DNA of 64,000 bases. Source: Chryseolinea sp. (GTDB lineage: Bacteria > Bacteroidota > Bacteroidia > Cytophagales > Cyclobacteriaceae). Below the pieces are notes generated by a model. It ran no database searches. It was given only the letters and a program-made list of their open reading frames with translations, and was not told the DNA's origin. The position numbers and the translations under genes are program-made. Every line of letters starts with the position of its first letter. Position 1 is the first letter of the stretch. Below, in pieces: positions 20,213 to 29,964 of this stretch. Location of the stretch: contig DATDAV010000002.1 of assembly GCA_036525235.1 (NCBI GenBank), positions 23,816 to 87,815 of the forward strand. The letters are read 5' to 3'.

Positions 20213-20842
20213 CTAAGGAATGTTCATGTATTTATGAACTTGCAACGACACCTGCCACTGTGGGTTGGCTTTCACATAGTCAATGATGAGGGGAAGCATC
20301 TCTTTTTCTTTCGACCACTCGGGCTGCAGATAAAGCTGGCAGTCCGGGCGAACCACCGCGGCAAATTCCGCTGCCCAGGCGAAGTCGCTTTTGTTGTAGA
20401 CGATCACCTTCAATTCGTCGGCCTGGCCAAATACGGTGGGATGGGGTTCCTTGAATTTCTTAGGGGAGAAACATACCCAATCCCACGCTCCGGTGAGTGG
20501 ATACACGCCCGATGTCTCAATGTGGGTGCGCATGCCGTTGGCCTTTAGCGTCTGCGTTAACGCGGTGAGGTCGTGCATGGCCGGTTCGCCGCCGGTGATC
20601 ACCACGATCTCCGTGCCACTGGTTTTGGCCCGCTCCATCATCGTGTCGACGCTCACGGAGGGGTGCGCATTCACATCCCAAGATTCTTTCACGTCGCACC
20701 ACACGCAACCTACGTCGCATCCACCGAGGCGGATGAAATAGGCGGCGCTTCCCTGGTAGAATCCTTCACCTTGGATGGTGTAGAAGTCTTCCATGAGGGG
20801 AAGGGTTGTTACCAGATTTTTTTCTTTGATTTCCACAGCCAT
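20213..20842 (-). CDS. queE: 7-carboxy-7-deazaguanine synthase (radical SAM)
   Basis: FYTIQGEG, RLGGCDVGCVWCD, TGGEP, IETSG, SPK, LQPEW, SLQVHK. Confidence 0.95.
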   Translation of the reverse strand: MAVEIKEKNLVTTLPLMEDFYTIQGEGFYQGSAAYFIRLGGCDVGCVWCDVKESWDVNAHPSVSVDTMMERAKTSGTEIVVITGGEPAMHDLTALTQTLKANGMRTHIETSGVYPLTGAWDWVCFSPKKFKEPHPTVFGQADELKVIVYNKSDFAWAAEFAAVVRPDCQLYLQPEWSKEKEMLPLIIDYVKANPQWQVSLQVHKYMNIP

Positions 20843-20876
20843 GATCTTCGCGTGCTACCAGCAAGTGTTCCGTGTG

Positions 20877-21776
20877 CTACGGATGGCGCAGCTCGGTGGC
20901 GCGCAGGGTGTTCAGCAAGAGCGATACGATGGTCATCGGACCCACACCGCCGGGCACGGGGGTGATGTACGATGCTTTGGGTGCTACGTTTTTAAAATCA
21001 ACGTCTCCTTTGATGGCCCATCCTTTTGGATATTCGGGGCCTTCCACGCGGGTGGTGCCGATGTCAATGACAACAGCGCCTTCTTTCACCATGTCGGCGG
21101 TGATCAATCCGGGTTTGCCTACAGCGGTCAACAAGATGTCGGCAGAGCGTGTATAGCTCGACAGGTCTTTGGTGAATTTGTGGCAGATCGTTACGGTGGC
21201 GCGACCTTGTTCGGTTAGCATCATGCTCAGGGGTGCGCCGGCAATGCGGCTTGCTCCTACTACCACGGCATGCTTTCCTTCGGTTTCTATGGCATAACGG
21301 CGCAGCAGTTCCATGACACCATAGGGTGTGGCGGGCAACAGCAGCGGGCTTTTCGAAATGATACTTCCGAAATTATGGTTGGTGAATCCGTCCACATCTT
21401 TATCGGAACGGATCTTCTCGGTGATGTTCTCTACGGAAATGTGTGCAGGCAAAGGCAACTGCACGATAAAGCCATCCACATCGTCGTCGTTGTTGACGTG
21501 ATCAATGTGTTTCATGAGGCGTTCTTCGCTGATGGTGTCGGCAAAACGCATCATGGTGTAGTGAAATCCTACACTTTTGCAGGCTTTCACTTTATTATCG
21601 ACATACGTTTGGCTGGCGCCGTCGTCGCCCACCAGAATGATCGCCAAGTGAGGGATTTTCTTGCCAAGCTGTTTGCGCTCGGCCACCTTCGCGGCAATTT
21701 CATCCTTGATATCGGACGACACTTTTCTGCCGTCGATGAGTGTGTAGGTGGTGGTGGTTTGCAAGTCCTGCGTCAT
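20877..21776 (-). CDS. folD: Methylenetetrahydrofolate dehydrogenase/cyclohydrolase
   Basis: IDG, YVDNK, VQLPLP, KDVDG, PATPYG, TVTICH, VIDIG, GDVDF, ITPVPGGVGPMT. Confidence 0.95.
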   Translation of the reverse strand: MTQDLQTTTTYTLIDGRKVSSDIKDEIAAKVAERKQLGKKIPHLAIILVGDDGASQTYVDNKVKACKSVGFHYTMMRFADTISEERLMKHIDHVNNDDDVDGFIVQLPLPAHISVENITEKIRSDKDVDGFTNHNFGSIISKSPLLLPATPYGVMELLRRYAIETEGKHAVVVGASRIAGAPLSMMLTEQGRATVTICHKFTKDLSSYTRSADILLTAVGKPGLITADMVKEGAVVIDIGTTRVEGPEYPKGWAIKGDVDFKNVAPKASYITPVPGGVGPMTIVSLLLNTLRATELRHP

Positions 21777-21813
21777 TTCAATCTGATATTCTACTTTTTC
21801 TTTATTCCAAACG

Positions 21814-22317
21814 TTAAAGTCTCAGGCCATTCTTTTGGATCAATTGGATAAAAAGCTTCTCCCCCCTTTCGGTGCGTCTGTCGCTTCTTTCAAATCGATC
21901 TAAAAAATATTTAGTCGACGCCTCTATTCGAGCATCGAGTTTCGCTGCGCGAGCATCGGCTTTTTGCATACGAGTTTCGAATTCTTTCCGCCATTTCGCC
22001 GAACGAGTTTCGAATTCTTCCCGCCATTTCACCGAACGAGCTTCGAATTCTTCTCGCCATTTCGCCGAACGAGATTCAAATTCTTCCCGCCATTTCGTCG
22101 AAAGAGCCTCAAATTCCACTCCCCATTTCGCCACCCGTGATTCGAATTCCGCATCAAACTTCTCCATGCGAGCCTCTTGTTTCTCAAGACGAGCCTCCGC
22201 TTTCACCATGCGTTGAATCGTCAGATCCAACCGCTTACCAAATTTTTTCATGTTGCTCTCCAGGCGATCCAAGTGGATCAGCATTTCAGCAATGACTTCA
22301 TCATAGTTTCTCTCCAT
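21814..22317 (-). CDS. Hypothetical coiled-coil protein with 11-aa tandem repeats
   Basis: Open frame with EFExRSxKWRE repeats; start taken as MERNYDEV (22317), alternative 22356 overlaps the lepA stop. Confidence 0.75.
   Translation of the reverse strand: MERNYDEVIAEMLIHLDRLESNMKKFGKRLDLTIQRMVKAEARLEKQEARMEKFDAEFESRVAKWGVEFEALSTKWREEFESRSAKWREEFEARSVKWREEFETRSAKWRKEFETRMQKADARAAKLDARIEASTKYFLDRFERSDRRTERGEKLFIQLIQKNGLRL
21971..22150. repeat. 33-bp tandem repeat, about 5.5 degenerate copies, in-frame coding
   Basis: Unit cgagtttcgaattctttccgccatttcgccgaa begins at 21971, 22004, 22037, 22070, 22103 and partially at 22136. Confidence 0.9.
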
Positions 22318-22348
22318 AACGGTTTCATTTCGTGATACAACGGTTAAT

Positions 22349-24133
22349 TTAATCAATTTTCAGAACCGCCATAAAGGCCTCCTGCGGTATTTCCACGTTG
22401 CCTACCTGGCGCATGCGTTTCTTTCCTTTCTTCTGTTTCTCCAGCAGCTTGCGCTTACGGGAGATATCACCACCGTAGCATTTTGCCAACACGTTCTTGC
22501 GAATGGCGCTGATGTTTTCGCGGGCCACAACCTTCTGGCCAATGGCCGCCTGGATCGCGATCTCGAACATCTGGCGTGGAATGAGCTCCCGCAGTTTTTC
22601 GCAAAGCTTGCGTCCCCAGTCCTGCGACTTGCCGCGGTGCACGATGGCGCTCAGCGCGTCCACTTTTTCACCGTTCAGCATGATGTCGAGCTTCACCATG
22701 TCGGATTCACGGAAGCCGATGAGGTGATAGTCCAGCGAAGCATATCCGCGGGAGATGGATTTCAGTTTGTCAAAGAAGTCAAATACGATTTCGGACAGCG
22801 GCATTTCGAACGACATCTCCACGCGATCGGTGGTGAGATAGTTTTGATTGATGATGCTTCCGCGCTTGTCCATGCACAGGCCGATGATGGGCCCGATATA
22901 TTCCGATTTCGAAATGATCTGCGCTTTGATATAAGGCTCCTCAATGCTTTTCATCCGCGTGGGATCCGGCATTTCGGAAGGTGCGTTGACAAAGATCTGT
23001 GTTCCATCGGTCAGGAAGGCCTGGAATTGTACGGAGGGCACCGTGGTGATCACGGTCATGTTAAACTCGCGCTCCAGACGTTCCTGGATGATCTCCATGT
23101 GGAGCATCCCCAGGAATCCGCAACGGAAACCAAAGCCGAGTGCGGCCGACGTTTCCAATTCCCATACCAGCGACGCGTCGTTGAGCTGTAGCTTTTCCAT
23201 GGACGCACGCAATTCTTCAAATTCTGTCGTGTCCACGGGATAGATACCCGCAAACACCATGGGCTTCACTTTCTCGAATCCTTTCAAGGCCTCGCCGGGA
23301 TTGAGCACGTTTGTGATCGTATCGCCGACGTGCACTTCGCTCGCCACTTTGATACCGGAAATAAGATAGCCTACGTTGCCGACGCTGATCTCGTTCTTGG
23401 GTTGTTTGTCGAGTTTCAAGATACCGATCTCATCGGCACCATATTCTTTGTCGGCGTTCACAAACTTGATCTTGTCTCCCTTGCGGATGGTGCCGTTGAA
23501 GACACGGAAGTAGATCTCGATGCCACGGAACGAGTTAAAAACCGAGTCGAAGATCATGGCCTGCAGGGGCGCTTTAGGATCGCCTTTGGGGGCCTTGACG
23601 CGGTTCACAACGGCACGCAATATTTCTTCGATGCCTTTTCCTTCTTTTGCGCTGGCGCGGATCACGTCTTCGCGCTTACAGCCCACCAATTCCACAATTT
23701 CGTCGGTCACCTCTTCGGGCATGGCATGGGGAAGGTCAATCTTGTTCAGGACCGGGATGATCTCCAGGTCGTGTTCCAAGGCCAGATACAGGTTGGAAAT
23801 GGTCTGAGCTTCGATGCCTTGGCTGGCGTCCACAATGAGCAGTGCGCCTTCGCAGGCGGCAATGGAACGCGATACTTCATAGGAAAAATCTACGTGGCCC
23901 GGGGTGTCGATCAGGTTGAGCACATAGGTTTTGCCATCCATGGTGTAGTTCATTTGGATGGCGTGGGACTTGATGGTGATCCCTTTTTCTTTTTCCAGGT
24001 CCATGTTGTCCAACACCTGGGCTTCCATCTGGCGCTCGTTCAGGGTGCCGGTAAATTCCAGCAGCCTGTCGGCCAGTGTGCTTTTGCCGTGGTCAATGTG
24101 TGCGATGATGCAAAAATTGCGGATGTTTTCCAT
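22349..24133 (-). CDS. lepA: Translation elongation factor 4
   Basis: [63 protein letters not shown]. Confidence 0.98.
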   Translation of the reverse strand: MENIRNFCIIAHIDHGKSTLADRLLEFTGTLNERQMEAQVLDNMDLEKEKGITIKSHAIQMNYTMDGKTYVLNLIDTPGHVDFSYEVSRSIAACEGALLIVDASQGIEAQTISNLYLALEHDLEIIPVLNKIDLPHAMPEEVTDEIVELVGCKREDVIRASAKEGKGIEEILRAVVNRVKAPKGDPKAPLQAMIFDSVFNSFRGIEIYFRVFNGTIRKGDKIKFVNADKEYGADEIGILKLDKQPKNEISVGNVGYLISGIKVASEVHVGDTITNVLNPGEALKGFEKVKPMVFAGIYPVDTTEFEELRASMEKLQLNDASLVWELETSAALGFGFRCGFLGMLHMEIIQERLEREFNMTVITTVPSVQFQAFLTDGTQIFVNAPSEMPDPTRMKSIEEPYIKAQIISKSEYIGPIIGLCMDKRGSIINQNYLTTDRVEMSFEMPLSEIVFDFFDKLKSISRGYASLDYHLIGFRESDMVKLDIMLNGEKVDALSAIVHRGKSQDWGRKLCEKLRELIPRQMFEIAIQAAIGQKVVARENISAIRKNVLAKCYGGDISRKRKLLEKQKKGKKRMRQVGNVEIPQEAFMAVLKID

Positions 24134-24217
24134 GCTCTCAGTCTCCTAAATCGGGCAAAATTCCCATTTCGCGGCTGTTTCCGCTTTGGGGTTTGCTCCT
24201 GTCCTTGTTTAAGACTG

Positions 24218-24225
24218 CAAAAGTA
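24218..24225 (-). promoter_or_regulatory. -7 element (TACTTTTG) for the lepA operon
   Basis: Matches TAnnTTTG 85 bp upstream of the start. Confidence 0.55.
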
Positions 24226-24252
24226 GGAATTACAACGATCAATGAGTAGGGA

Positions 24253-24291
24253 ACCATGAACAATGGAAAAGAAAAGTCCATTGTTCATGGT
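24253..24291. repeat. Perfect 15-bp inverted repeat (terminator or REP-like)
   Basis: ACCATGAACAATGGA-9 nt-TCCATTGTTCATGGT, 11 bp after the amidohydrolase stop. Confidence 0.8.
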
Positions 24292-24302
24292 GGGTTGTGG
24301 GA

Positions 24303-25577
24303 TTATTGTTTTATCACTACGCCTTCCTTCATGACGAAGCTCACTTTTTCCATGGTTTTGATGTTTTTGAGCGGGTTTTCGTCCGTAGCCACGATGTCGG
24401 CGAATTTGCCGGTTTCGATGGAGCCGAATTTGTCGGACATTCCCAGGATGCCGGCGGGTACAATGGTGGCCGATTTAATCGCTTCCATGGCGGGCATGCC
24501 GGCTTCGACCATGAAGCCGAATTCCTTGGCGTTGTCGCCATGCGGATACACCCCGGCATCGGTTCCGAAGGCTATTTTAACACCGCGTTTGTAGGCTTTG
24601 CTAAACGTTTCCTGGATTTGAGGACCGATTTCCAACGCTTTGGGCACCACCAGCGGGTGGTAATAGCCCGGCACTTTGGCTTGCTCGGCCACAAATTTTC
24701 CAGCGGAGATAGTGGGTACGAAGAAGGTCCCTTTTTGCTTCATCAGGTCCATGATCTCTTCGGTCATTTTTGTGCCATGTTCAATGGTGGTTATCCCCGC
24801 CATCACCGCGCGCTTCATGCCTTCAGCACCATGGGCGTGGGCCGCGGTGTGCATGCCGTATTCTTTTGCCGTTTCGATAATCGCCTTTAATTCCTCGTCC
24901 GTGAATTGAGGGCCAGAGCCATCTTTAGCGATGCTGAGCACGCCACCGGTAGCGGTTATTTTGATCATATCAGAACCTTCCTTGTAGCGCTGACGCACGG
25001 CTTTCCGGGCATCGTCGGGGCCGTTGATAACGCCCTCTTTAGGACCTGGATCGCCCATGAGGTCTTTGCGATAGCCGTTTGTGGGATCGGCATGGCCGCC
25101 CGTAGTAGCAATTGATTTTCCCGCCGAAAAGATGCGTGGTCCCACGGCAATGCCTTGGTTGATCGCATTTCTCAGGGCAGTATTAACACCCGAGCCACCC
25201 AGGTCGCGCACGGTGGTGAACCCGGCCATAAGCGTTTTGCGGGCATACGACGCCGCGCGAAAGGCTACGTCGGCGTCGTTAAGGGTGAAGCGCTGGAGTG
25301 CCTGGTCTTTGCTGGTCTCGCTTTCGAGATGGACGTGCATGTCGATGAGTCCGGGCATTACTGTTTTTTTGCTGAGGTCGATGAGCACGTCGCTGGCACC
25401 GGGTTTCGAAAATCCTTTTTCGATGGCAGTGATCTTGTTGCCCTCCACCACGATGGTCATCTGGGGCTGGACGTCGTTGGTCTTGCCGTCGATGAGGTTG
25501 CCGCAGTGGACATAGGTTTTCTGCGCATAGCTCGCGAGGGAAGCCACGCACAACAGTAGGAGGTAAATTTTCTTCAT
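24303..25577 (-). CDS. Secreted amidohydrolase-family protein (Xaa-Pro dipeptidase-like)
   Basis: Signal peptide; [35 protein letters not shown]. Confidence 0.9.
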   Translation of the reverse strand: MKKIYLLLLCVASLASYAQKTYVHCGNLIDGKTNDVQPQMTIVVEGNKITAIEKGFSKPGASDVLIDLSKKTVMPGLIDMHVHLESETSKDQALQRFTLNDADVAFRAASYARKTLMAGFTTVRDLGGSGVNTALRNAINQGIAVGPRIFSAGKSIATTGGHADPTNGYRKDLMGDPGPKEGVINGPDDARKAVRQRYKEGSDMIKITATGGVLSIAKDGSGPQFTDEELKAIIETAKEYGMHTAAHAHGAEGMKRAVMAGITTIEHGTKMTEEIMDLMKQKGTFFVPTISAGKFVAEQAKVPGYYHPLVVPKALEIGPQIQETFSKAYKRGVKIAFGTDAGVYPHGDNAKEFGFMVEAGMPAMEAIKSATIVPAGILGMSDKFGSIETGKFADIVATDENPLKNIKTMEKVSFVMKEGVVIKQ

Positions 25578-25629
25578 ACGGGTTTTAGGTTAATGAGGGA
25601 AAGATAGGCTTCAAAAGAAAAATGACAAT

Positions 25630-26028
25630 TTAATGATGGAGATATTTTTGCACCAATGTTTTCAAGCGGCTCATTTCATCGGCGCCCATGGCAGCGGCCT
25701 TTACGTTGAGCAGCAATTCGAACATCACCTGCTGATCGTAGCCCAGGTTGGAAGCGATCTGGGAGCAGAACATGATCTCTTCCTTGTACATGCGCTCGTC
25801 GATCTTCATGAGCTGCACCAGCGAGAAAAGATAATCGAACTTCCGGTCGTCGGAAAGATCTTCGGGAACGATGAGGTCGTGGCGTTTGTCGAACAAGGGT
25901 TTCACCTCGTCGGGGTAAACGTTGTTGGCCCGGCCGATGTTAATGATATAGTTCCGCTCCCGGTCGGCCACGGTGCCGTCTATTTGAGCGAGGCTGATCA
26001 GCAATTTCATTTGGGCAAGTGCAGACAT
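25630..26028 (-). CDS. TerB-family protein
   Basis: LAQIDGTVADRE...YLFSLVQLMKIDERMYKEEIMFCSQIASNLGY helical pattern. Confidence 0.7.
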   Translation of the reverse strand: MSALAQMKLLISLAQIDGTVADRERNYIINIGRANNVYPDEVKPLFDKRHDLIVPEDLSDDRKFDYLFSLVQLMKIDERMYKEEIMFCSQIASNLGYDQQVMFELLLNVKAAAMGADEMSRLKTLVQKYLHH

Positions 26029-26146
26029 GGTAGTTTAGTTAAAAGTTAAGGTGTATCAACGGGACAGACGAGGGTAAACTGAACATGATCACTATGAACG
26101 TCCAACCTAAGAACTTAATAACAAATAACCAATACCTTTACACGGC

Positions 26147-26776
26147 ATGAATTTTTTGGCGCACATTTATTTATCGGGGAACAATCCATCTGTGATGGTG
26201 GGCAACTTCATCGGCGATTTTGTGAAAGGCCGGAACCTGCTGGAACAATTTGGCGACGGCATTGCCAAAGGGATCGCCTTGCACCGCGAGATCGATGCCT
26301 TTACCGACCACCACCCCGTGGTGTTGCAAAGCAAGACCCGGCTGCGGCCCAAGTACAGACACTACGCCCCGGTGATCGTCGATGTTTTCTATGACCATTT
26401 TCTTTCCCGGTACTGGGACCATTATCATGCACAACCCCTCCCCGACTTTTCCCGCGAGGCCTACCTCTTTTTAGAAAGCCAAAGCGAAGTGTTGCCCGAG
26501 AGCGTGCGCCATCTGCTGCCGCACATGAAACGCGGCAACTGGCTGCTGAACTATGGCAACCTCCAAGGACTGCAACGCGCCCTCAGCGGATTGGCCAGCC
26601 GAACCCGACACGACTCACACATGGAACAGTCGGTTCAGGATTTGGAGGAGTCTTACGACGCCTTTAAAACCGAATTCGAAACTTTTTTCCCGGACCTTAT
26701 TGCCATGTCGCGCTCTTTTTTGCACCCGCTGCCCGGACCGGTGTTTCCACTCTCAATGTCCAACGGTCAGCATTAA
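26147..26776 (+). CDS. ACP phosphodiesterase (AcpH/DUF479 family)
   Basis: MNFLAHIYLS, GNFIGDFVKG, GIALHREIDAFTD, VDVFYDHFL. Confidence 0.9.
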   Translation: MNFLAHIYLSGNNPSVMVGNFIGDFVKGRNLLEQFGDGIAKGIALHREIDAFTDHHPVVLQSKTRLRPKYRHYAPVIVDVFYDHFLSRYWDHYHAQPLPDFSREAYLFLESQSEVLPESVRHLLPHMKRGNWLLNYGNLQGLQRALSGLASRTRHDSHMEQSVQDLEESYDAFKTEFETFFPDLIAMSRSFLHPLPGPVFPLSMSNGQH

Positions 26777-26806
26777 ATCTTTTACCTTTACACCACAACT
26801 TTTCGT

Positions 26807-27172
26807 ATGCACAACGATCCTGAACTCAGCGGTAAATATCTCGGCACCATCTCACAAGACTTTGTGCGGGTAGCCGACACCCTAAAAGAAGCCTCCTACC
26901 AAATCAGGACGGCAGGCTTTGAATATCCTATTTTCCCGCTTTGCAAAGAAGAACAACCTATCGGTCAAATGCTGATGGCCCCCGCCGTGAACGGCACAGC
27001 CTGGTATTATTATGCCTCCTTTTTTGACGAATTCCTGCAGCGCGGCCTGATCACCCCCGACAAGGTGGACGATTTTAAAGCGGCCTACAAAGATCCCGAT
27101 GAATTTTGCTGTCTTTTCGTGGTGGATGAGCAGTTCACCAATTTCGTCTTCATCCCCTTCCCGGAAGATTGA
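26807..27172 (+). CDS. Hypothetical acidic protein
   Basis: Clean 121-aa ORF filling the gap to thiL; no motif recognised. Confidence 0.75.
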   Translation: MHNDPELSGKYLGTISQDFVRVADTLKEASYQIRTAGFEYPIFPLCKEEQPIGQMLMAPAVNGTAWYYYASFFDEFLQRGLITPDKVDDFKAAYKDPDEFCCLFVVDEQFTNFVFIPFPED

Positions 27173-28210
27173 TCAGGGCCGGAAATGGTCCCAGCCCTGG
27201 GCGCGCAACGGTACCACTGCACCTCCCTTGGTGATGAGCACGTTCTGATCCTTGCGGTCGTGCACATAGCCAATGAAATGGATGTCGGGGTGGTTCTTGA
27301 TCTTCTCCTGGTCGGCTTGCGAGATGGTGAACAACAGCTCATAGTCCTCGCCGCCATTCAGCGCACACGTTACAGGGTCGAGGTTGAATTCGACGGCGGT
27401 CTCGTAGGCCAGATGATCGATGGGAATTTTGTCTTCGTAGATCCTGACGCCAACACCCGAGTTTCGCGCGATGTGCAAAAGTTCCGACGCCAATCCATCG
27501 GAAATATCGATCATGGACGTGGGTTTCACGCCCGCTTCCTCCAAATCAAAAACAATGTCGGTGCGCGCTTCGGGCTTTAGCTGCCGGCCGACGAGGTATT
27601 CATACTTCTCCATGTTGGGTTCCATGTTGGGGTCGGACAGAAACACTTGCTTTTCGCGTTCCAGCACCTGAAGTCCCATGAAAGCAGCACCCAGGTCACC
27701 CGTGGCGCAAAGAATATCGCTGACTTGCGCGCCACTGCGGTAGGCTATCTTCTCGCGCCGGGCGCGGCCAATCACGGAGATGGAGATGACCAACCCGGAT
27801 GTAGACGACGTCGTGTCGCCGCCGACCAGGTCGACGCCATAATTTTGACAGGCCGTACGAATGCCGGCATACAGAGCATCTATCGCCTCCACCGAAAAGC
27901 GGTTGCTCAACGCCAGGCTCACGGTGATTTGTTCCGCCTTTCCATTCATAGCAGCAATGTCGGACACGTTCACAGCCACGGCCTTGTAGCCCAGGTGATG
28001 GATGGGCACGTACGACAAATCGAAGTGAATGCCTTCCACCAGCATGTCGGTAGAGATCAGGATGCAATCCTGGTCGTGGCCTTGGATAACGGCGGCATCG
28101 TCGCCAATGCCGGTGAGGGATGTGGGGTTGGTGAGGGTGACATTTTTGTGGATGCGGTCGATCAATCCAAATTCACCCAGGTTGCTTATCTCTGATCTGT
28201 TTTCGCTCAT
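27173..28210 (-). CDS. thiL: Thiamine-monophosphate kinase
   Basis: GEFGLI, GIGDDAA, STDMLVEGIHF, NVSDIAAM, GGDTT, IDISDGL, GGEDYELLFT; start reset to MSENRSE (28210). Confidence 0.95.
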   Translation of the reverse strand: MSENRSEISNLGEFGLIDRIHKNVTLTNPTSLTGIGDDAAVIQGHDQDCILISTDMLVEGIHFDLSYVPIHHLGYKAVAVNVSDIAAMNGKAEQITVSLALSNRFSVEAIDALYAGIRTACQNYGVDLVGGDTTSSTSGLVISISVIGRARREKIAYRSGAQVSDILCATGDLGAAFMGLQVLEREKQVFLSDPNMEPNMEKYEYLVGRQLKPEARTDIVFDLEEAGVKPTSMIDISDGLASELLHIARNSGVGVRIYEDKIPIDHLAYETAVEFNLDPVTCALNGGEDYELLFTISQADQEKIKNHPDIHFIGYVHDRKDQNVLITKGGAVVPLRAQGWDHFRP

Positions 28211-28268
28211 ACGTTTATGACAGGTTAGTAAATGATCTTCCTCGGCGCCCGAAGAACCATTCATCCTG

Positions 28269-28276
28269 CAAAAGTA
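28269..28276 (-). promoter_or_regulatory. -7 element (TACTTTTG) for thiL
   Basis: Matches TAnnTTTG 59 bp upstream of the start. Confidence 0.55.
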
Positions 28277-28349
28277 AGATTATCGATGAATATGACAGAT
28301 TTGGGTCTTATATTCGGTGTACCTATGCACTGGTAAAAACCACGACCCC

Positions 28350-28511
28350 ATGAGAAAAATTACCGGCCTTCTGCTCATCCTGTTTATCGTATTGGGCGCT
28401 TGCAGCTCGCCGAAGCCGTATTACAAAACTGCCAAGGGAAAGAAAAAGCAGAAATACTACAACGACATCCAATTTGGCGGCAAAAGCGCCAGTCAGATGA
28501 AGAAACCTTGA
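28350..28511 (+). CDS. Small basic lipoprotein (53 aa)
   Basis: MRKITGLLLILFIVLGAC signal with lipobox, followed by a Lys-rich mature peptide. Confidence 0.65.
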   Translation: MRKITGLLLILFIVLGACSSPKPYYKTAKGKKKQKYYNDIQFGGKSASQMKKP

Positions 28512-28517
28512 TGCTGG

Positions 28518-28916
28518 CTAGAGGTCTTGACAGAGCTCGATCAGCACTCCGCCGGTGGTTTTGGGATGGAGGAAGCAGATCATCTTGTTGTCGGCCCCTT
28601 TTTTGGGCACCTCATTTATTACCTCGAAACCTTTCTTTTTATAGTCTTCCATGCTGCTGCGGATATCGCTCACCGCAAACGCGAGATGGTGCACGCCTTC
28701 ACCCTTTTTTTCGATGAATTTGGCAATGGGCGAGTCGTCGCGGGTGGCTTCCAGAAACTCGATTTTCACCCCGCCGATCTCAAAAAACGACGTCCGCACG
28801 CCCTCTGAGGCCACTTCCTCGACCTTGTAGTGCTCGCGTCCCAGCAGGGTTCCGAAGAGAGCATTGGCTTTTTCCATGTTTTTAACGGCAATTCCGATGT
28901 GCTCAAGTTTTTCCAT
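28518..28916 (-). CDS. mce: Methylmalonyl-CoA epimerase
   Basis: LEHIGIAV, EGVRTSFF, IEFLE, GEGVHHLAF, FLHPK, GVLIELCQ; start reset to 28916. Confidence 0.95.
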   Translation of the reverse strand: MEKLEHIGIAVKNMEKANALFGTLLGREHYKVEEVASEGVRTSFFEIGGVKIEFLEATRDDSPIAKFIEKKGEGVHHLAFAVSDIRSSMEDYKKKGFEVINEVPKKGADNKMICFLHPKTTGGVLIELCQDL

Positions 28917-28922
28917 AATTGT

Positions 28923-28930
28923 TAACTTTG
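28923..28930 (+). promoter_or_regulatory. -7 element (TAACTTTG) for the 28990 ORF/iscA unit
   Basis: Matches TAnnTTTG 60 bp upstream of ATG 28990. Confidence 0.5.
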
Positions 28931-28989
28931 TATCAAAAAAGAAACTTTTAGGGGAAATCGAAAGTTTAAACTGTGAAACTTTGGCATCT

Positions 28990-29403
28990 ATGATCGAGAC
29001 ACTCAGCGAAATGCACGTAGAAGCGGCCCGCATACAACAAGAAATCAAGGATTACCTGGGCTTGCGCACGTCGGACCTCGTGTTTGAGTACAGCACGGTG
29101 GATGGCCATAAAGTGAAGCTGGACCTCATCACCATCAACCCGCGCCACAACCAGGCTTTCCTGTTCCACAACGAAACCGGGGCCGACAAAGTGGATGCGC
29201 TAAAGAAAATGCTGGCCTATGTGCAGCAGTATAAAGAGAAAGAGAATTCTTATACCATACAATGGGTTGCCAAAGGCGATACGGAATTGCACACGTCCTA
29301 CTTCAAGGCCAGCAATATCCTCGACGCCCTGCAAAAGCTGTATTACGGACGCGATATGAATACGCTTACCGTCTTCAGCGTAGTGCTCAACCCAATTTCA
29401 TAA
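28990..29403 (+). CDS. Hypothetical protein
   Basis: Open frame co-oriented with iscA (19-bp gap); start reset to avoid overlap with mce. Confidence 0.75.
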   Translation: MIETLSEMHVEAARIQQEIKDYLGLRTSDLVFEYSTVDGHKVKLDLITINPRHNQAFLFHNETGADKVDALKKMLAYVQQYKEKENSYTIQWVAKGDTELHTSYFKASNILDALQKLYYGRDMNTLTVFSVVLNPIS

Positions 29404-29422
29404 AACGAGAACATTTCAGACT

Positions 29423-29749
29423 ATGATCAGCGTAACCGATAAAGCAAAAGAACGGATCATCGCCCTCCGCACCGAAGAAGGCAAGCCGGACAACAATAAC
29501 ATCCGCGTGCTCGTGAAAGGCGGTGGTTGCTCGGGACTTATGTATGATCTCAACTTCGACGACGAGATCAAACCGGCCGACCAGATCTTTGAAGACAAGG
29601 GTATCAAGATCCTGGTCGACAAAAAAAGCCTCCTCTATTTGTTGGGCACCACGCTCGACTTTTCGGATGGACTGAATGGAAAAGGTTTCCAATTCATCAA
29701 TCCCAACGCCACGCGCACCTGCGGTTGTGGTGAGAGCTTCGCGGTTTAA
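29423..29749 (+). CDS. iscA: HesB/IscA-family Fe-S cluster assembly accessory protein
   Basis: GGGCSGLMY, LDFSDGLNGKGF, NPNATRTCGCGESF. Confidence 0.9.
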   Translation: MISVTDKAKERIIALRTEEGKPDNNNIRVLVKGGGCSGLMYDLNFDDEIKPADQIFEDKGIKILVDKKSLLYLLGTTLDFSDGLNGKGFQFINPNATRTCGCGESFAV

Positions 29750-29845
29750 TCCTTAGAGCAATATCGATGTTGCACCTCCGGGTCACTCCGGAAGGCTGTT
29801 GAACTTATTATTTTATGAATGTGGTGAACAGCCGCATTCTGACAG

Positions 29846-29875
29846 ATGGCAATCTTTGAAGGGTTGCCATTTTGT
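29846..29875 (+). terminator. Intrinsic terminator after iscA
   Basis: ATGGCAATC/GGTTGCCAT stem followed by TTTGT. Confidence 0.6.
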
Positions 29876-29964
29876 ATTTCAGAACACTTCTTATCTCCCC
29901 CCAATTTACTCACACACCTTCCTGCACAGAATTTCCTCGCCGAGAAAGTCATTTGTCTAATGCG

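Noticed and set aside
21971-22150. 33-bp repeats as a CRISPR array
   Set aside because: Units are directly adjacent with no unique spacers, stay in frame in a CDS, and no cas gene is present
25630-26028. TerB protein as part of a tellurite-resistance or anti-phage operon
   Set aside because: Solitary gene; no other ter or defence genes nearby
28211-28349. TPP riboswitch upstream of thiL
   Set aside because: No CUGAGA or ACCUGA consensus visible, and the leader is short
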